Assembly (NCBI GenBank): GCA_965235115.1
Contig: OZ249436.1
Coordinates: 54,562,001-54,626,000, forward strand
Reading direction: 5' to 3'
Source: Laetmonice hystrix
Taxonomy: Eukaryota
DNA length: 64,000 bases
Numbering within the stretch: position 1 is the stretch's first letter; every line of letters begins with the position of its first letter. Positions 13,900-27,652 of the stretch are shown piece after piece. The notes under the pieces are model-generated. The model did not search any database, was not told the DNA's origin, and saw nothing but the letters and a program-made list of their open reading frames with translations. The position numbers and the translations under genes are program-made.

Positions 13900-15022
13900 C
13901 AAGGCTACATTTCAGGGTGAACCAATCACAGGCCACGGCCTCGCCTTCACACCAACGGAACGAGGCTACATTTCAGTGTGAATCAATCACAGGCCACGAC
14001 CTCGCCTTCACACCAACGGGACGAGGCTACATTTCAGTGTGAATCAATCACAGGCCACGGCCTCGCCTTCACACCAACGGAACGAGGCTACATTTCAGTG
14101 TGAATCAATCACAGGCCACGACCTCGCCTTCACACCAACGGGACGAGGCTACATTTCAGTGTGAACCAATCACAGGCCACAAACTCGCCCTCACACCAAC
14201 GGATCAATGCTACATGTCAGGGTGACCCAATCATAGGCCGCCACGGCCTCGCCTTTACACCAACGGAACGAGGCTACATTTCAGTGTGAACCAATTACAG
14301 GCCACGGCCTCGCCTTCACACCAACGGGACGAGGCTACATTTCAGTGTGAACCTATCACTAGCCTGGTGCCCTGTGCCTACCATACGCATCCGTTATGTT
14401 AGGCCAGGTGATGACTAACAGAAAGCTGCGAAACGGAAGTGATTAATCTCCAAGCACTTCCGCTTCCGTTCCGTTGGTCAGCGTTAACAGAGTGACCAAC
14501 TTCTGCTTGGAGCGTGGCCGGGAGTGGCCAACATGCCCCTGCGTATGCAGACCGTACCAGGTGTGGGGACTGATGACGCTATGTTTACATCCAGAAAAGC
14601 GAGGACATTTAACACTTGTATTTTAAAGGGATTGACGAAAATATCTGTATCTTGTTGGAGAAATACGGAGGGTACGGAACTACCTCGTTTGCGTCCATGT
14701 TTTCGATGGGCCAATCACAACGCTCGCTTCGATTGGCCTTCACCAGGCTCTATATACGTAGTGTTTAGACCGGGCACCAGGCTAACGGAAGAGCCTACAT
14801 TTCAGTGTGAACCTATCACAGGCCACGGCCTCGACTTCATATCAACCAATGGACTACATATCTGTATAGACCAATCACAGGATTTGGCCTCACTTTCGTA
14901 CCAACGGATCGAGTCTACATTTTAGTGTGAACCAATCACAGGCCACGGCCTCACTTGCTTTCATACCAAAGAATCAAGTCTACATTTCTGTATAGACCAA
15001 TCACTGGTCACGGCCTCGCCTA
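13900..15022. repeat. 61-62-bp minisatellite interrupted by a TE
   Basis: Unit AGGCTACATTTCAGTGTGAATCAATCACAGGCCACGACCTCGCCTTCACACCAACGGGACG. About 7.5 units lie before 14360 and ~4 more diverged units after 14784. Confidence 0.9.
14360..14784. mobile_element. MITE with TAG..CTA termini (Academ-like)
   Basis: 13-bp perfect TIR TAGCCTGGTGCCC / GGGCACCAGGCTA. No TSD is visible, and part of the host unit is missing at the junction. Confidence 0.75.
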
Positions 15023-15643
15023 CAAAATAGCAGAAGCTTTGCTGCAAATGAGTAGTAATCAATCAAACCTTGCTTTAGCACAGCCGAATGCATTTTTTTC
15101 ATAGCCGCCCCCTCTCTCGCTTTAGAATGTTCTGCTGATAACCAAGTGGCACTGATATGCAAATCTGAGGGGATTTAGAGACTTTTCCAGTTTGCGCATT
15201 ACCAAGTCTATCCACAAGCGAACTACTAATACACGCATGCCAGCAATGAATGATCTTTTGTACACGAGTGACATGAGCGCACAATTCCTCGAGGTGCGGC
15301 TCCATAACTGACTGCGAGCACACTCTGCTGTGCATTCCTCCGCCACCCCCCCCTCCCCATCATGTTTTAAATCGCGCGCAGTGAGTGGGGGGAATCTATA
15401 GCCCCCTTAACAGGGAATACATTTCGTATAACCCGTTCGGAGTGCCGGTGTGTCGTTTTCCTGTATCAGTGCTGGAAGGAATGGACCTCCTGTCTCTCAC
15501 GCGTTGAAATCGGCAAGACCTTGTTTCTAACAGCTACAGCTTGCCATCTACAGCTAACAGCCCCCCCCCCCCCTTCTATCTCCACTCAGTGTTATTTCAT
15601 ATCTTCCCTCGGCATCCGATGACACTGTCCGATTCAACCATTA

Positions 15644-16434
15644 TACCCCCGTCACACTTATTCGGAATCAGCAGGAATCAAATTCGCGCCACATTCGGGA
15701 GGGAATTTCAAATTGACCAAAATTCTTGACAGCTTTGTAAGAATACTTAGAATGCGCTTGGAACCCGCCTCGAATGATTCTTGAGCATTCCGGGTGTATT
15801 AGCTCTCGAATGCAGCTCGAATGTAGTTGGAACACAGTAGGAATATTTAGAATGCTGTTAGAATGCAGTCAGAATATTTAGAATGCACCTCGAATGCCGT
15901 ACTAGTGCGGTTCGATTGCTGCCCAAATACCGCCCAAAGTCTAGTTGGAAGGTGCCTGGAATGCTGTACGAATTCACCTCAAATGCAGCCAGAACGTTCC
16001 CGGAATGGCCGACGAATATGGTTCGAATGTCCAAAAATGCAGCTCGAATACTTAGAATGCACTTCGAATGTACTTAGAATGTAACACGAATGTCCTGAGT
16101 ACAGATTCCGAAAGCAATCGAGAGGCATTCCCTCGATTTTCCCTCGAATGCAATTAGAATGTTTCGAATGCCGTAAGAATTTTTAGAATGCAGTCAGATT
16201 GCAATTAGAATACAATTCAAATGCCGTTCGATATTTTTCCACTTCGAATGCACCTCGAAAGTTTTGAGCATGAGCAAAACCTTCGGGCCGGCCACAAGAA
16301 TGGGCCCGAATATTTGAAATGCACTCAGAATGCAGTCAGAACTTTTAGAATGCACTTCGAATATCCAGGAATATACCAAGACTTTTCATTCCGACAGCAT
16401 TCTGGCTCATTCCGCCTCTAGTGTGACTAGGATA
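15644..16434 (+). mobile_element. PIF/Harbinger-type MITE built of GAATGC subrepeats, copy 1
   Basis: TTA|TACCCCCGTCACACT...AGTGTGACTAGGATA|TAA; colinear with 24931-25850. Confidence 0.85.
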
Positions 16435-19400
16435 TAAGGGCGAGATAGCTATATGATTTGCCATTATTTGCTCTGGTCATGTGACAACTCCTAATATTCT
16501 CTCCCTTTTTTTTTATGAATAATGGATCTCAACAGAAGCGTGGTCTTACTCTTTTAAGTGTTGTCAATTATGTACATAAAGTTATTGACGAAGTTTTTAA
16601 TGGGGACTGGGCGCCAGATTGCCTCACGGATGATGAGTAGTATATAAGAATGGGCCGTATGATCAGGCAGGCCTCCGTGAATGGCGCTGGTGAATATAAT
16701 AGACTGATATACGGCCATAGATGGTCTTCCATAAAACACTGGCGGTCTCATTTGTATGCGAGACGGGACGCGGTAGTGAATAATGCCAGCGATGTTTGGG
16801 GCTACACAGATGGAATATGATACGTAAAAACATAGCGATAAACATCTTTAAGTAATAATTCGATGTCTTCCTCAGTGCAGCAGTTTTATTTCGTTTATTT
16901 CAAACTATACCATGACATTCAACCACTATCCATTGATAATAATATTGCGGTGAATGCAGTTCTTAGAGTACCCTACACGATTCACACTAACCAAGCTCTA
17001 TCAATAACGCAACCCGGTGGAAGTTGCGGATGTATAAAACAGGATGTCTTAAAAAACTAAACGTTGTCACTAAGTGATGGCTTTACCGAATCATTTTATC
17101 TGTCTTGGGATAGATGCATCAACGAACCGTATTTTTAACTCTACATGGAGAAGGACCTAAAAACCAAAACAATGACGTTCATAATTTTTAAAAGATCCCA
17201 TCTACTGCCTCTTCCTGTCTGTGTGTTCAACATACACAACCTCTTAACCGTTCAGTAGGATCTATGTGAAGATGAGACAACCGCCCTCCTCCGTGTTCAC
17301 CATCTGTCTCTTTGCCATATACATGTAGGTATCTTATATCTCTGCTTCATTGCTGTGTGTCATTTATTTATCCACACGGAGAACTTTTTGACATTTTCGA
17401 TTGCAATGCTAAACATTATGCTGTCGTTGTACGTTGTAACAGGAATATTTGGACGGCTTTTTAAGACTCCCAAGGAAATCACTCTTTCACATATTCCGGC
17501 TTCAACGATGAATACTGCCTTCCTTCCTTCCTTTTTATTAAATTCTTGGATCGGTGATTACGAGACGATCAAGAAAGCAACATTCTCATCTACCGTAAAA
17601 CAGTACAGTGGCTATTTATACAGGTTGGTTTCTTTGTCAAGGATCACTTTGTCAAGAATTCACCAGATTACACGTGGTTAGGATTCCAACCACGTGAGCC
17701 CAGCATCTGCCTTTCATTGGCTGACGGATATATAATTTTGTCATCTCTATACCTAAACCTTCGTGAACATGCCACATCTGCCAATGCTTGGCTTCGTGCC
17801 CTCACCAAGCGCGCCCAGACGCACGCCAAGGCACACACGAGGATACTGACAACTAGGCCTACTGTATTGGGTTGGAACCGGATGGAGCGGGCAGCAGGGT
17901 CTGTTATAACCGTTTTTTTTACCTTAAGTTTGATCTTTATCCTTAAACTCGAGCCTTCCTGGTGTTTGGTGTTGCTCTCCAGGAAAACAAATCTGTGCCC
18001 CGATTATTTGTTCAGCCCCAGTTTCAATATCGCCGAGTCTTTGAAAACATCGCTGGCCTAAAAATGATCGCTGGTACTATCCATACGGAGTGCTCATTGG
18101 CTGAGACGCTCAAAAAGGCGTTTTTGGAAAGACATCATGTCATATGGAAAGTCTCAGTTAACGATCTTCAAGCCAGGCTGACAAATACAGTCTGGGCTGG
18201 CAGGGTCCTGCCTACTGCAATACGTCACAATCAAGAACTGCCCATCGCATTTCGAAAACCAAACATATTAAAAGGACAGTATACCATGCACATTGTCTTG
18301 TGACCAATTAGACAAGTTATCACCCAAATCCTTAAGATAAAACTCAGCATATGGTTTTACATTTAAAAAAGATACACAATAAAATGTGTAAGGTGATACA
18401 CAACACGCGTAATGTGTACAACTTGACAGTTGACATCAACGTTAGTCAACAGAGATGTCTACAAATATTACAAATACTGGGACGACATTACACCGTTACA
18501 GCTATCACTGTCCGGAAATAATCCACAAACAGTGTCACTTGAGAGAGACACTCCCTTCGACTGTCGCCGCGGATCCAGCCCCTATTTAGCGCCGTCAATT
18601 TACGATCCTATGACATTTCGGTTTTTCATTCGACACAAATTAACCTTTAGCCTTTCACTGACGTCTGGAAGACACTACTACCGACTGTCCAGGCTAATCA
18701 GCGAACATGACAGACAGCTTATTTACTACTTTGGCCTTGCAACAAAGAGACGCCATGATTTAAGGTCATGTGCTACACTAAATCAAACCCATTACATATC
18801 GATATTATGTACATGTATTTTAATAGAAGGAACAAGTGTTTCTGATTATAAAAAATGTATAAATATCCATATGTCGCCATGCTAACTTTTGTGTGGGATG
18901 TCTATAGAAAATCCATGTCTTGGCTACTTTGAGTGTTTCACTCATCTGGGGGCCTTCAAGGTAATTCAAGGTAAATTCAAGGCTTTGCACAGGCATACAT
19001 TTCCTATAAACCCAGGCTTATTACAAAGAAATAAGCATGGTGACATATAGTTATCTACACGTTTTTCAACTGAAAAACACTTGTTCTTACCATTAAAATA
19101 CAAAATATTGATATGTAATGGGTTTGTGTTTTATACATTGGTTACTATGGCGAGATTTGGCACGAGATTTGAGAGGTGTAGCACATGGGTGTAGCACCTT
19201 AAATGGAATTCCTTCACACGTCTCACATACAGAGAAAACGACATGTTTTTGACCCCTATAATAAGTTGACTGTCTGACGGGCTGTCGGCGAGCGATAAAC
19301 TAGCCGGATTTTCACTCCTGCAGGATTCCACGGCGGCCGCTGAAACACGGCCTTTCTTCCTGGAGTGTCGATCAAGGTGACGGCATCAGGAAACAATCAG

Positions 19401-21087
19401 TTTGGACGGTAATGGAGGAGGGTCCTGACAAACGTCAACATTGAAATCTTTGACCACGGACAAAAGTGATCATCATGGTCTCATGTGCCGAGGGCCTTTG
19501 GACAGGGCCAACGAATGACCTATTCGTCCAATATAGACCCCCCCCCCCTCCCTAAAAATGGGTGAACATTGATATGGAGAACTACTGTAATTTGGGGAGG
19601 GTCAGAAATGCATTCTTTACGTGGTTCCTTTCACGAAACTGACGCGTGCCTATAGCCATTAATAAAAATCACAAAGTTGTCAATATCTTCGCAAATATTT
19701 GTGTTAGCTTCAATTATGAAGTTTTTATCCCACCATTTTTTTTCTTTGGTCAAGGAATACGATAAAGCCATTTTTGATGATCTCGGATGAAAAGTTACTG
19801 ATCTATCACTGGACTTCAGATGGGGGGGGGATAACAATAACCTTTCCTTTCTCTGACACTGAAATACTAAAGATATAGCGAGCCTGTTCTATCTCTCGGC
19901 CCTGAACAAGAAAGGGGAACATAATGATACCTGAGGCACACAATGGTTCAATCGCTGGGACAAGGATGTAATAAAAAAAAACTCTCACTCTGCAAGATGA
20001 GATCACAGGTGAATCATAGGCTGCCCTCATTTTAAAAACGTTATACAGAACTATACAGTCTCACCTGAGGATATATTAGCCACAGCGTGTCACAATCCTG
20101 AAACACACTGATGGCTGCATAACAGCCATAACACACAAAGTGTTCAGAAAGGCTTCTACTATTCGTACCACGGCAAATATTCCACGGGTAAAAAAAAGAT
20201 TTCATCTGTATGCCGGTGAGTTTTAATAGCCCACTGATTGCATCATCGTCAACGCTAGACGTCATTGCTAATTTTCGTACTTATCCGAGTGCTATATGCG
20301 TTGTCACAAAGCAACATCTATTTTGACATGTGCCGCGCGGTCTTGTCGTGGAGAGGACTATTCCAGGCCGGTCCTATACGCGATCATTTTGTCGTCATCT
20401 ACCCGAAGCACTAAGAAGGGAATAGTTGAAAAAAAGAAGCTCAGAAGTCTCATTAAAAAAATACCATGCCGCTCAAAGGCTGTTGCCATGGTAATATAAT
20501 AATGTCTTTGGATTTTGCCACTATCAAGCCTTAGCAAGCTACCGCTGCGAACAGATGTTGTGTGGGCTTTCCTAAAATATTTTACAACAGTCCTTCCTTT
20601 TGGGAAAACACACAAACTACAAATCGATAGAACCCCCCAGTGGCTTCAAAGGCTCCAATTCCAAAGTCCCTCTCAAGAATTTTACAGTTGACCTGATGAA
20701 CCAAAGGAAATATTTTATATGAAGCATTAACGATTTAAGAAATTAATTAAAGAAAACCCTGTCCACATAACACATCAACTACGAGAAATAAAAATTTCAA
20801 TGCAGATTCATCGGGGGGGGGGGGGGGTAACGGGTCATAAAAGTTGGTCAACAAAAATCTATCCTATTCGCACGCCCTAATGAAAAGAATATATGAAATA
20901 TATCAACGTAACTTGGCATTTATGACTAATGAATTAATTGAATTCAATCGTCAGATATGATCTGAAACAGCCAATTTTCATAGCTCCTAGCGCCTGTTCG
21001 ATAGCACTTTCCACTGTGTAACACTTCCGCCCGCTTGGGTACCCGTTACACTTTTACCAGGGATCCATAAAAACAGGTAACGGGATG

Positions 21088-21220
21088 GCGGTTCTTCACG
21101 GCGCGAAAGTATATAGTAACGAGATGCCTGGCGCATGAATACGGCATGAGACCGAATGTGGAGTACCGTATTCATGCGCCAGGCATCGAGTTCTATACTT
21201 TCCCGCCGCGAAGGAGCCGG
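21088..21220. repeat. Inverted repeat/hairpin
   Basis: Perfect 22-bp arms at 21123-21144 and 21166-21187 around a 21-nt loop, extended by ~30 bp of imperfect pairing on each side. Confidence 0.85.
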
Positions 21221-22158
21221 GAGTTGGGAACTCGGGAGGTCCTCCAGTTCAACCCCATTTGAACCATCAGAAAGTGTTAGATATCGTTCTAGTTGATGCT
21301 AGTGCGCAACGTATAGGGAATCTTTGGTTAAGGGGGGCAGGGGGTTGATTTGCCCGAAATGTCTCTGTCCGATTTTTTGTCTTTTTGCTTTGCCCGAATT
21401 TTCATTTTTCATAGCATAAAATGGAGTAATTGGTATTAGGTTAATCTTGAGATATATTTCCGAACTGCCAGGATGCCTTCTGGGAGCCAATCAAACTGAA
21501 CGTCTCTCTGGGCATGGCTGTGGTCTGAATATCTTTCGACTCATACGGTTGGCTGGGGGCCATGAGAAGCCAGCGGCGTCCAGCGGGGATGACGTCCTTA
21601 TGAACGACTGGGGGAAATGGCCCCGGTGGCATAAAGAGCGATAGGGCTGTGCCCCAGATCGAGGTATTCGGGTTGCGGTTTTAGAACACAAATAACTCGC
21701 ATAAAAACCTGCTATAGCCGATGAGTCCGGAGCCTGCTAACATGATAGCGTCGTCAACATCTCGGCCCACTCTGCTTCACAAACGTACATGTATTTCAAT
21801 TTTATGGGCTGGTTTCGTCAGTTGTATATATCCAATTACCGGAACCACCGGCATAGCTCGGTTCTCCATCTCTGTTAAATGTTAAATATGAAATGATCTG
21901 TGGCGGTAGGGTTGGCACGTCAGTTGCCAGAGAGTTGTTGTTTGGCCAGGAGCCACTGTCATGAAGACATGCTTAGTTTCCGGTCCAACCACATTTCTTT
22001 CAACGCGTTCCAACGTGTCTGGACGTGTGTAGTTAGCCAATGTCTCTCCCCAATATACAGTGTTGTTCTAATCTTGGGTCGTTGGCGAGCCCAGAAATAT
22101 TCAAATCCCTTCAAATAAAAAAAAGGCACCGATTCTTATCTCTCCAAATACATGATTA

Positions 22159-22640
22159 GGCCAAATAAAAAAAAGTTACTTGTTTAGCGTCCCCGCCCGA
22201 CCTGTGAAATGCCCCCGACCTGGATTTTTTTATTTTTTTTTATTTAAAAAAACAAACAAAATGAAGTGTAAAAACTGTCAAAACAACGTCTTGCCGCCTA
22301 AGAACAGTGTATAATGCGCTTTGTAAACCCATTACCGACCTGTGGAATTTAAAATAACCCTCATGTTTTAAACTGTCGCCTGTGTGGAACATGTGCACAA
22401 CTTTAACTTTCACTTGAACAAAGTCTTAAGACTTAAATAGAATTTTCATGTTTTCTTCTTTAAATTCTAGCTTGGAAGTTTTCATAGTCTTCTATACCTT
22501 CCTAACTTGCCGTCTGACCATGAATACCATGGGTGTCTTCTTCCTACAGCCACGCCGCCACTCCATTTATAGAATAAAAATCCCGACCTGGAAAAATTTG
22601 ACGAGGCGGACGCTAAACAAGTCACTTTTTTTATTTGGCC
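22159..22640. mobile_element. MITE, 482 bp, TTA TSD (PIF/Harbinger-like)
   Basis: ~34-bp TIR GGCCAAATAAAAAAAAGTTACTTGTTTAGCGTCC / GGACGCTAAACAAGTCACTTTTTTTATTTGGCC, with TTA on both sides. Confidence 0.88.
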
Positions 22641-24018
22641 TTACTTCCCTTAACACCTGTTGAAGTGATGCGCACAGTTTAGCAAGTGATGCGCTCCTTC
22701 TGCAATATATTACGGCCGGTTTTAATATCTTTTATAAACTGAAGCGAGGATTTGGTCCTGTCCGCCATTGTTGTTTTTCTGTACTGCGCATGTGCAAATG
22801 GAACTGGCTTCCTTTCAAAATGGCCCGGGTTGGGGAACTCATTCCTATCAGTGTTTTCGTGACAAAAGGTAACGTTAAAGGGTACATCTGATATGGCTGC
22901 TGTTAAATGTAGGCCTATTACGAAAATGATACACGTATATCAAGCGTATGAAGGTTGAGTGCATATAAACAATTGTACTGCATGATTTCTCATTCAGTTT
23001 TTGTTTCTCTACACTATACTACTGTCACACTGCACGACTGACACACCGTGACAGCGCCTTCCCCTATTTTCCTCGATATGCAACTGTTCTGATGGGTATT
23101 GTCAGATCAAAGGGAAAGTACTAGACGATTTTTTCCATGATTTACGGGGTAGAAAATGTCCTGGCAATCGATGACATAAATCCCACCGAAATCAAGCCCA
23201 GCTGTAGTCACCACTGGACTGAATATATTGCCAATGTCCTTGAAGACGACTGAAGGTTGCCGACAGGCCGTGTTTCCGATCACTCACACATTAAGACCTC
23301 CGACGTTTGAACTGACAGAGTAGTATTACTTGTATCCCGCCGGCAGGCCTATCTTCCTGTCCACCTTGATTTATTTGTCTGTTTTGGCTTCTCGCCTCCT
23401 GAAGACCGTTCTCTAAAATACCTCGACTCCTACATACAAAGGAGGTTAATGGTTGTCACCGGCCACCGGTTTCCCGTGACATGGACTTTGGCCGATTAAA
23501 GGTCAGCCTGAGGCTGGAGAGAGAGGGGGGAGGGGGTTAAATCCCGGAGCAGACACACCTGTCACCGGCAGATTCTACCCTCCCGCCGTACGTCTTCAGC
23601 TGGCTGGTCGTACAACCACTCACATGACGTCAAAACCTTACGTCACTCGCTCCATATTTCTATTTCCATACTCTTTATCTGTCACTGTGGAAGACTATTT
23701 ATAGGGAACTGGTGCTCCTCCTTTCCCTCCATTTCTCTCGAACTCATCACACTTTCTTCATGACAAAGGCTCGAAAATCTTAGCTACCTCTATGGTCTTA
23801 GCGAGGAGGTAGTTGGCCCACACTGCTGTATAGGCCACGTCCTATGGTCCCGCCGTAACGATGGCCAATAAAAGTCCGTACAGACAGGACTTTGAGTCAG
23901 AAATCCTTGGAACCAGACAGCTGCATGGTCTGCAACCGACATTTGCGTCAAAAACGCCTAATGATATCTTATTAATTTCTAGAAATCGTAATCTCCTACC
24001 CATTGGGGGGGGCCTTAA

Positions 24019-24358
24019 AGGTGCTATTCGTCTTGCACAGAATGGCATTTCTCCTATCATACATTGTGCACATAGTACTAGAAAAAATTCCTACCGATAC
24101 CATTGGCCTGATAAACCTTCTATTAGTTTGTGTGCAGCATTTGAAACCTATCTTGGTGCGCACCGAGATAGAGCCATTTCCTATGGTGGGGCGTGTCAAG
24201 GTCTCCACAGGCCTTCTGAGAGAGCCCCATTTGTGCCGTTATCCATGAAAAATTTTGATTTCCTTTGTTGTGAATCTATTTCCATGATAGGTGGGATCAC
24301 ATAAACGTCAACAAAATAAAAAATAAAAAAATTGAGCTTTTTTTCACGAATAGCACCT
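24019..24358. mobile_element. Kolobok-type MITE, 340 bp
   Basis: TTAA|AGGTGCTATTCGT...ACGAATAGCACCT|TTAA: perfect 13-bp TIR and TSD. Confidence 0.9.
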
Positions 24359-24930
24359 TTAAGTGGGGAGGGGGCTGATTTTTCATCGGGGGTTCCTAGG
24401 TCCTCAAATAATCATGTGGAACTGCACTACTACTACAAGTATATCAGAGTGTCCTTCCCTCCCACTGATACACTGAGAATATCATTTGAATGTTGTACAA
24501 TGGCTTCGACATTTCAAATACTTACAGGCTTCCCCTGCGACAGGATTCTAATATAATAGCGTATGCTATTACTTAAGGCTGCGTCTGTGGCCTTGTGGGT
24601 GAAAAGAACCTTCGAAGGAGGGGGTGTGGGGGGCCTCCCCAGTCTATAGATTCGGAAAATACCCCTTCTGATAGGGACATAACATCAGGTATGATCAATC
24701 CCGAACGAGTCCCCTGCGTACGGACCTTTGTACAAATACTTCCCCTGATGCTGGTTAATAATACGGACTGTTCTTTGTTCTGTTGATAGCTTATGGTATC
24801 ATTTATACGGGCCTAATGATACACACAGTATGACAGTCAATGTATTGTAATAGACCCGTATAATATGTACTCGATACGCAATCCGATAATGAGCCCTCCT
24901 GGCAGGTAGGACCTACACATAAACTCTTAA

Positions 24931-25850
24931 TACCCCCGTCACACTTATTCGGAATCAGCAGGAATCAAGCAGAACCAGCCGGAATGAAGAATCCTCCAAA
25001 TTCGCGCCACATTCGGGAGGGAATTTCAAATTGACCAAAATTCTTACAGCTTTGTAAGAATGGCGTTCGAATACTTAGAATGCGCTTCGAACCCGCCTCG
25101 AATGATTCTTGCACATTCCGGGTGTATTAGCTGTCGAATGCAGCTCGAATGTAGTTGGAACACAGTAGGAATATTTAGAATGCTGTTAGAATGCAGTCAG
25201 AATATTTAGCATGCACCTGGAATGCCGTACGAGTGTGGTTCGATTGCTGTCCAAATACCGTCCGAAGTCTGGTTGGAGGGGGCCTCGAATGCTGTACGAA
25301 TTCACTTCGAATGCAGTCAGAACGCTCCCAGAATGGCAGCCGAATATGGTTCGAACGTCCAAGAATTCAAACAGGATGCAGCTCGAATACTTCGAATGTA
25401 CTTCGAATGTACTAAGAATGTAACTCGAATGTCCCGAGTATATATTCCGGCAGCAATCGAGGTGCATTCTAGGTGCATTCCGACTCATTCAAGGCGCATT
25501 CGGGACATTCTGGCAGGATTTGAAGTGGCTTGCCGTTTCGATTCTCCCTCGAATGCGATCAGAATGTTTCGAATGCTGTTGGAATGCCATAAGAATATTT
25601 AGAATGCAGTCAGAGTGTATTTAGAATACACTTCGAATGCCGTTCGATATTTTTCCACTTCGAATGCACCTCGAAAGTTTTGAGCGTGAGCAAAACATTC
25701 GGGCCGGCCACAAGAATGGGCCCGAATATTTGGAATGCACTCAGAATGCAGTCAGACCTTTTAGAATGCACTTCGAATATCCAGGAATATACCAAGAATT
25801 TTCATTCCGACAGCATTCTGGCTCATTCCGCCTCTAGTGTGACTAGGGTA
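24931..25850 (+). mobile_element. PIF/Harbinger-type GAATGC MITE, copy 2 (longer)
   Basis: TAA|TACCCCCGTCACACT...AGTGTGACTAGGGTA|TTA. It contains two segments absent from copy 1. Confidence 0.88.
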
Positions 25851-26237
25851 TTAGGTAGCGACAACTTTCTCATGATACGTGACGACGACTATAGGGCCAG
25901 TATATTTCTATACTCAGACAATGATTGCGAACTTTCCCGACTGTACTCTCCACAGAAATCTAACGTTTCCCGACCGGTCTGATTACGTACCATGCAGACT
26001 TGTCCATTCATAGCACTCTTGACACTCCCAAAGTCTAGGGGCTCTCGGAGAATATGAGCCTTACAGGTACACAGGAGTACTGTACATTGTCCATTCATAG
26101 CACTCTTCACTCCTAAAGTCTAGGCTCTGAAAGAATATGGACCTTGCGTCTATAAATCTCGTTAATCTCGTCACTATTATTGTCGATATATTTCACATCG
26201 GCATGCAATTGTCTTCGATATCAACGCCGAATGTGTT

Positions 26238-27133
26238 ATCAATAACTGAAGGACGGCTTGGAAATGTTGATATCTCATGTGTTAACATATCAATAACTGA
26301 AGGACGGCTTGGAAATGTTGATATCTCATGTGTTAACATGGATGGTATCAATAACTGAAGGACGGCTTGGAAATGTTGATATCTCATGTGTTAACATGGC
26401 TGATATCAATAACTGAAGGACGGCTTGGAAATGTTGATATCTCATGTGTTAACATGGATGATATCAATAACTGAAGGACGGCTTGGAAATGTTGATATCT
26501 CATGTGTTAACATGGCTGATATCAATAACTGAAGGACGGCTTGGAAATGTTGATATCTCATGTGTTAACATAGATGATATCAATAACGGCTTGGAAATAT
26601 TGATATCTCATGTGTTAACATGGATGATATCAATAACTGAAGGACGGCTTGGAAATGTTGATATCTCATGTGTTAACATGGATGATATCAATAACTGAAG
26701 GACGGCTTGGAAATGTTGATATCTCATGTGTTAACATGGCTGATATCAATAACTGAAGGACGGCTTGGAAATGTTGATATCTCATGTGTTAACATGGATG
26801 ATATCAATAACGGCTTGGAAATATTAATATCTCATGTGTTAACATGGATGATATCAATAACTGAAGGACGGCTTGGAAATGTTGATATCTCATGTGTTAA
26901 CATGGCTGATATCAATAACTGAAGGACGGCTTGGAAATGTTGATATCTCATGTTTTAACATGGATGATATCAATAACTGAAGGACGGCTTGGAAATGTTG
27001 ATATCTCATGTGTTAACATGGATGATATCAATAACTGAAGGACGGCTTGGAAATGTTGATATCTCATGTGTTAACATGGATGATATCAATAACTGAAGGA
27101 CGGCTTGGAAATGTTGATATTTCATGTGTTAAC
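26238..27133. repeat. 58-bp minisatellite, ~16 units
   Basis: Unit TATCAATAACTGAAGGACGGCTTGGAAATGTTGATATCTCATGTGTTAACATGGATGA. The same 8-bp deletion variant recurs at ~26585 and ~26810. Confidence 0.95.
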
Positions 27134-27652
27134 AATGAATCAGGAGGCTCGGTCTTGCGCCGGGCACTTGTCATGGCACGTGGTCATGGCAGCCATATCC
27201 AGCAAACAAATCGTAATTGTGCTTCCTTACAAATGCCCTTCAGCAATAATAAATGGTAAATTTAGATTTCTAGAAGTGTGCTAATGCAGAAACTGTGAGG
27301 GAAATCTCTTGGAGTTTAGCTCTCGGCTTCGACTCAAGCATATATTATGGCCTTACCAAGCATTCCCTCTCTGATTCACGACTCCTTCACTACAACCACA
27401 GTACGTCTACTCTAGAAGTTCATGATCATTTTCTCTTTTCTTTCAGATGTACACGTAATTACCTTTTGTTTAGCGAGTCATTATTTTCCTTCAGCATGTA
27501 GTGATATATGATCCTCACCATTCCCTAGTACGTGTGGCAGCTCATTGTTATCAAACAATAGATGATGAACGCGTGGTGTGTGACGGAACCGCTACTGTTA
27601 AATGAGGAGTATAAGCTTTCACACCGGCTTCCGAGTAAATATGTAACAAAAC

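Noticed and set aside
17717..18885. ORFs of 113-151 aa
   Set aside because: No recognisable domain, splice signals or codon bias.
20064..20204. 141-nt open minus-strand segment starting MK and ending CAG|GTGAGA as PTCD1 exon 4
   Set aside because: Weak acceptor and no PPR or PTCD1 similarity.
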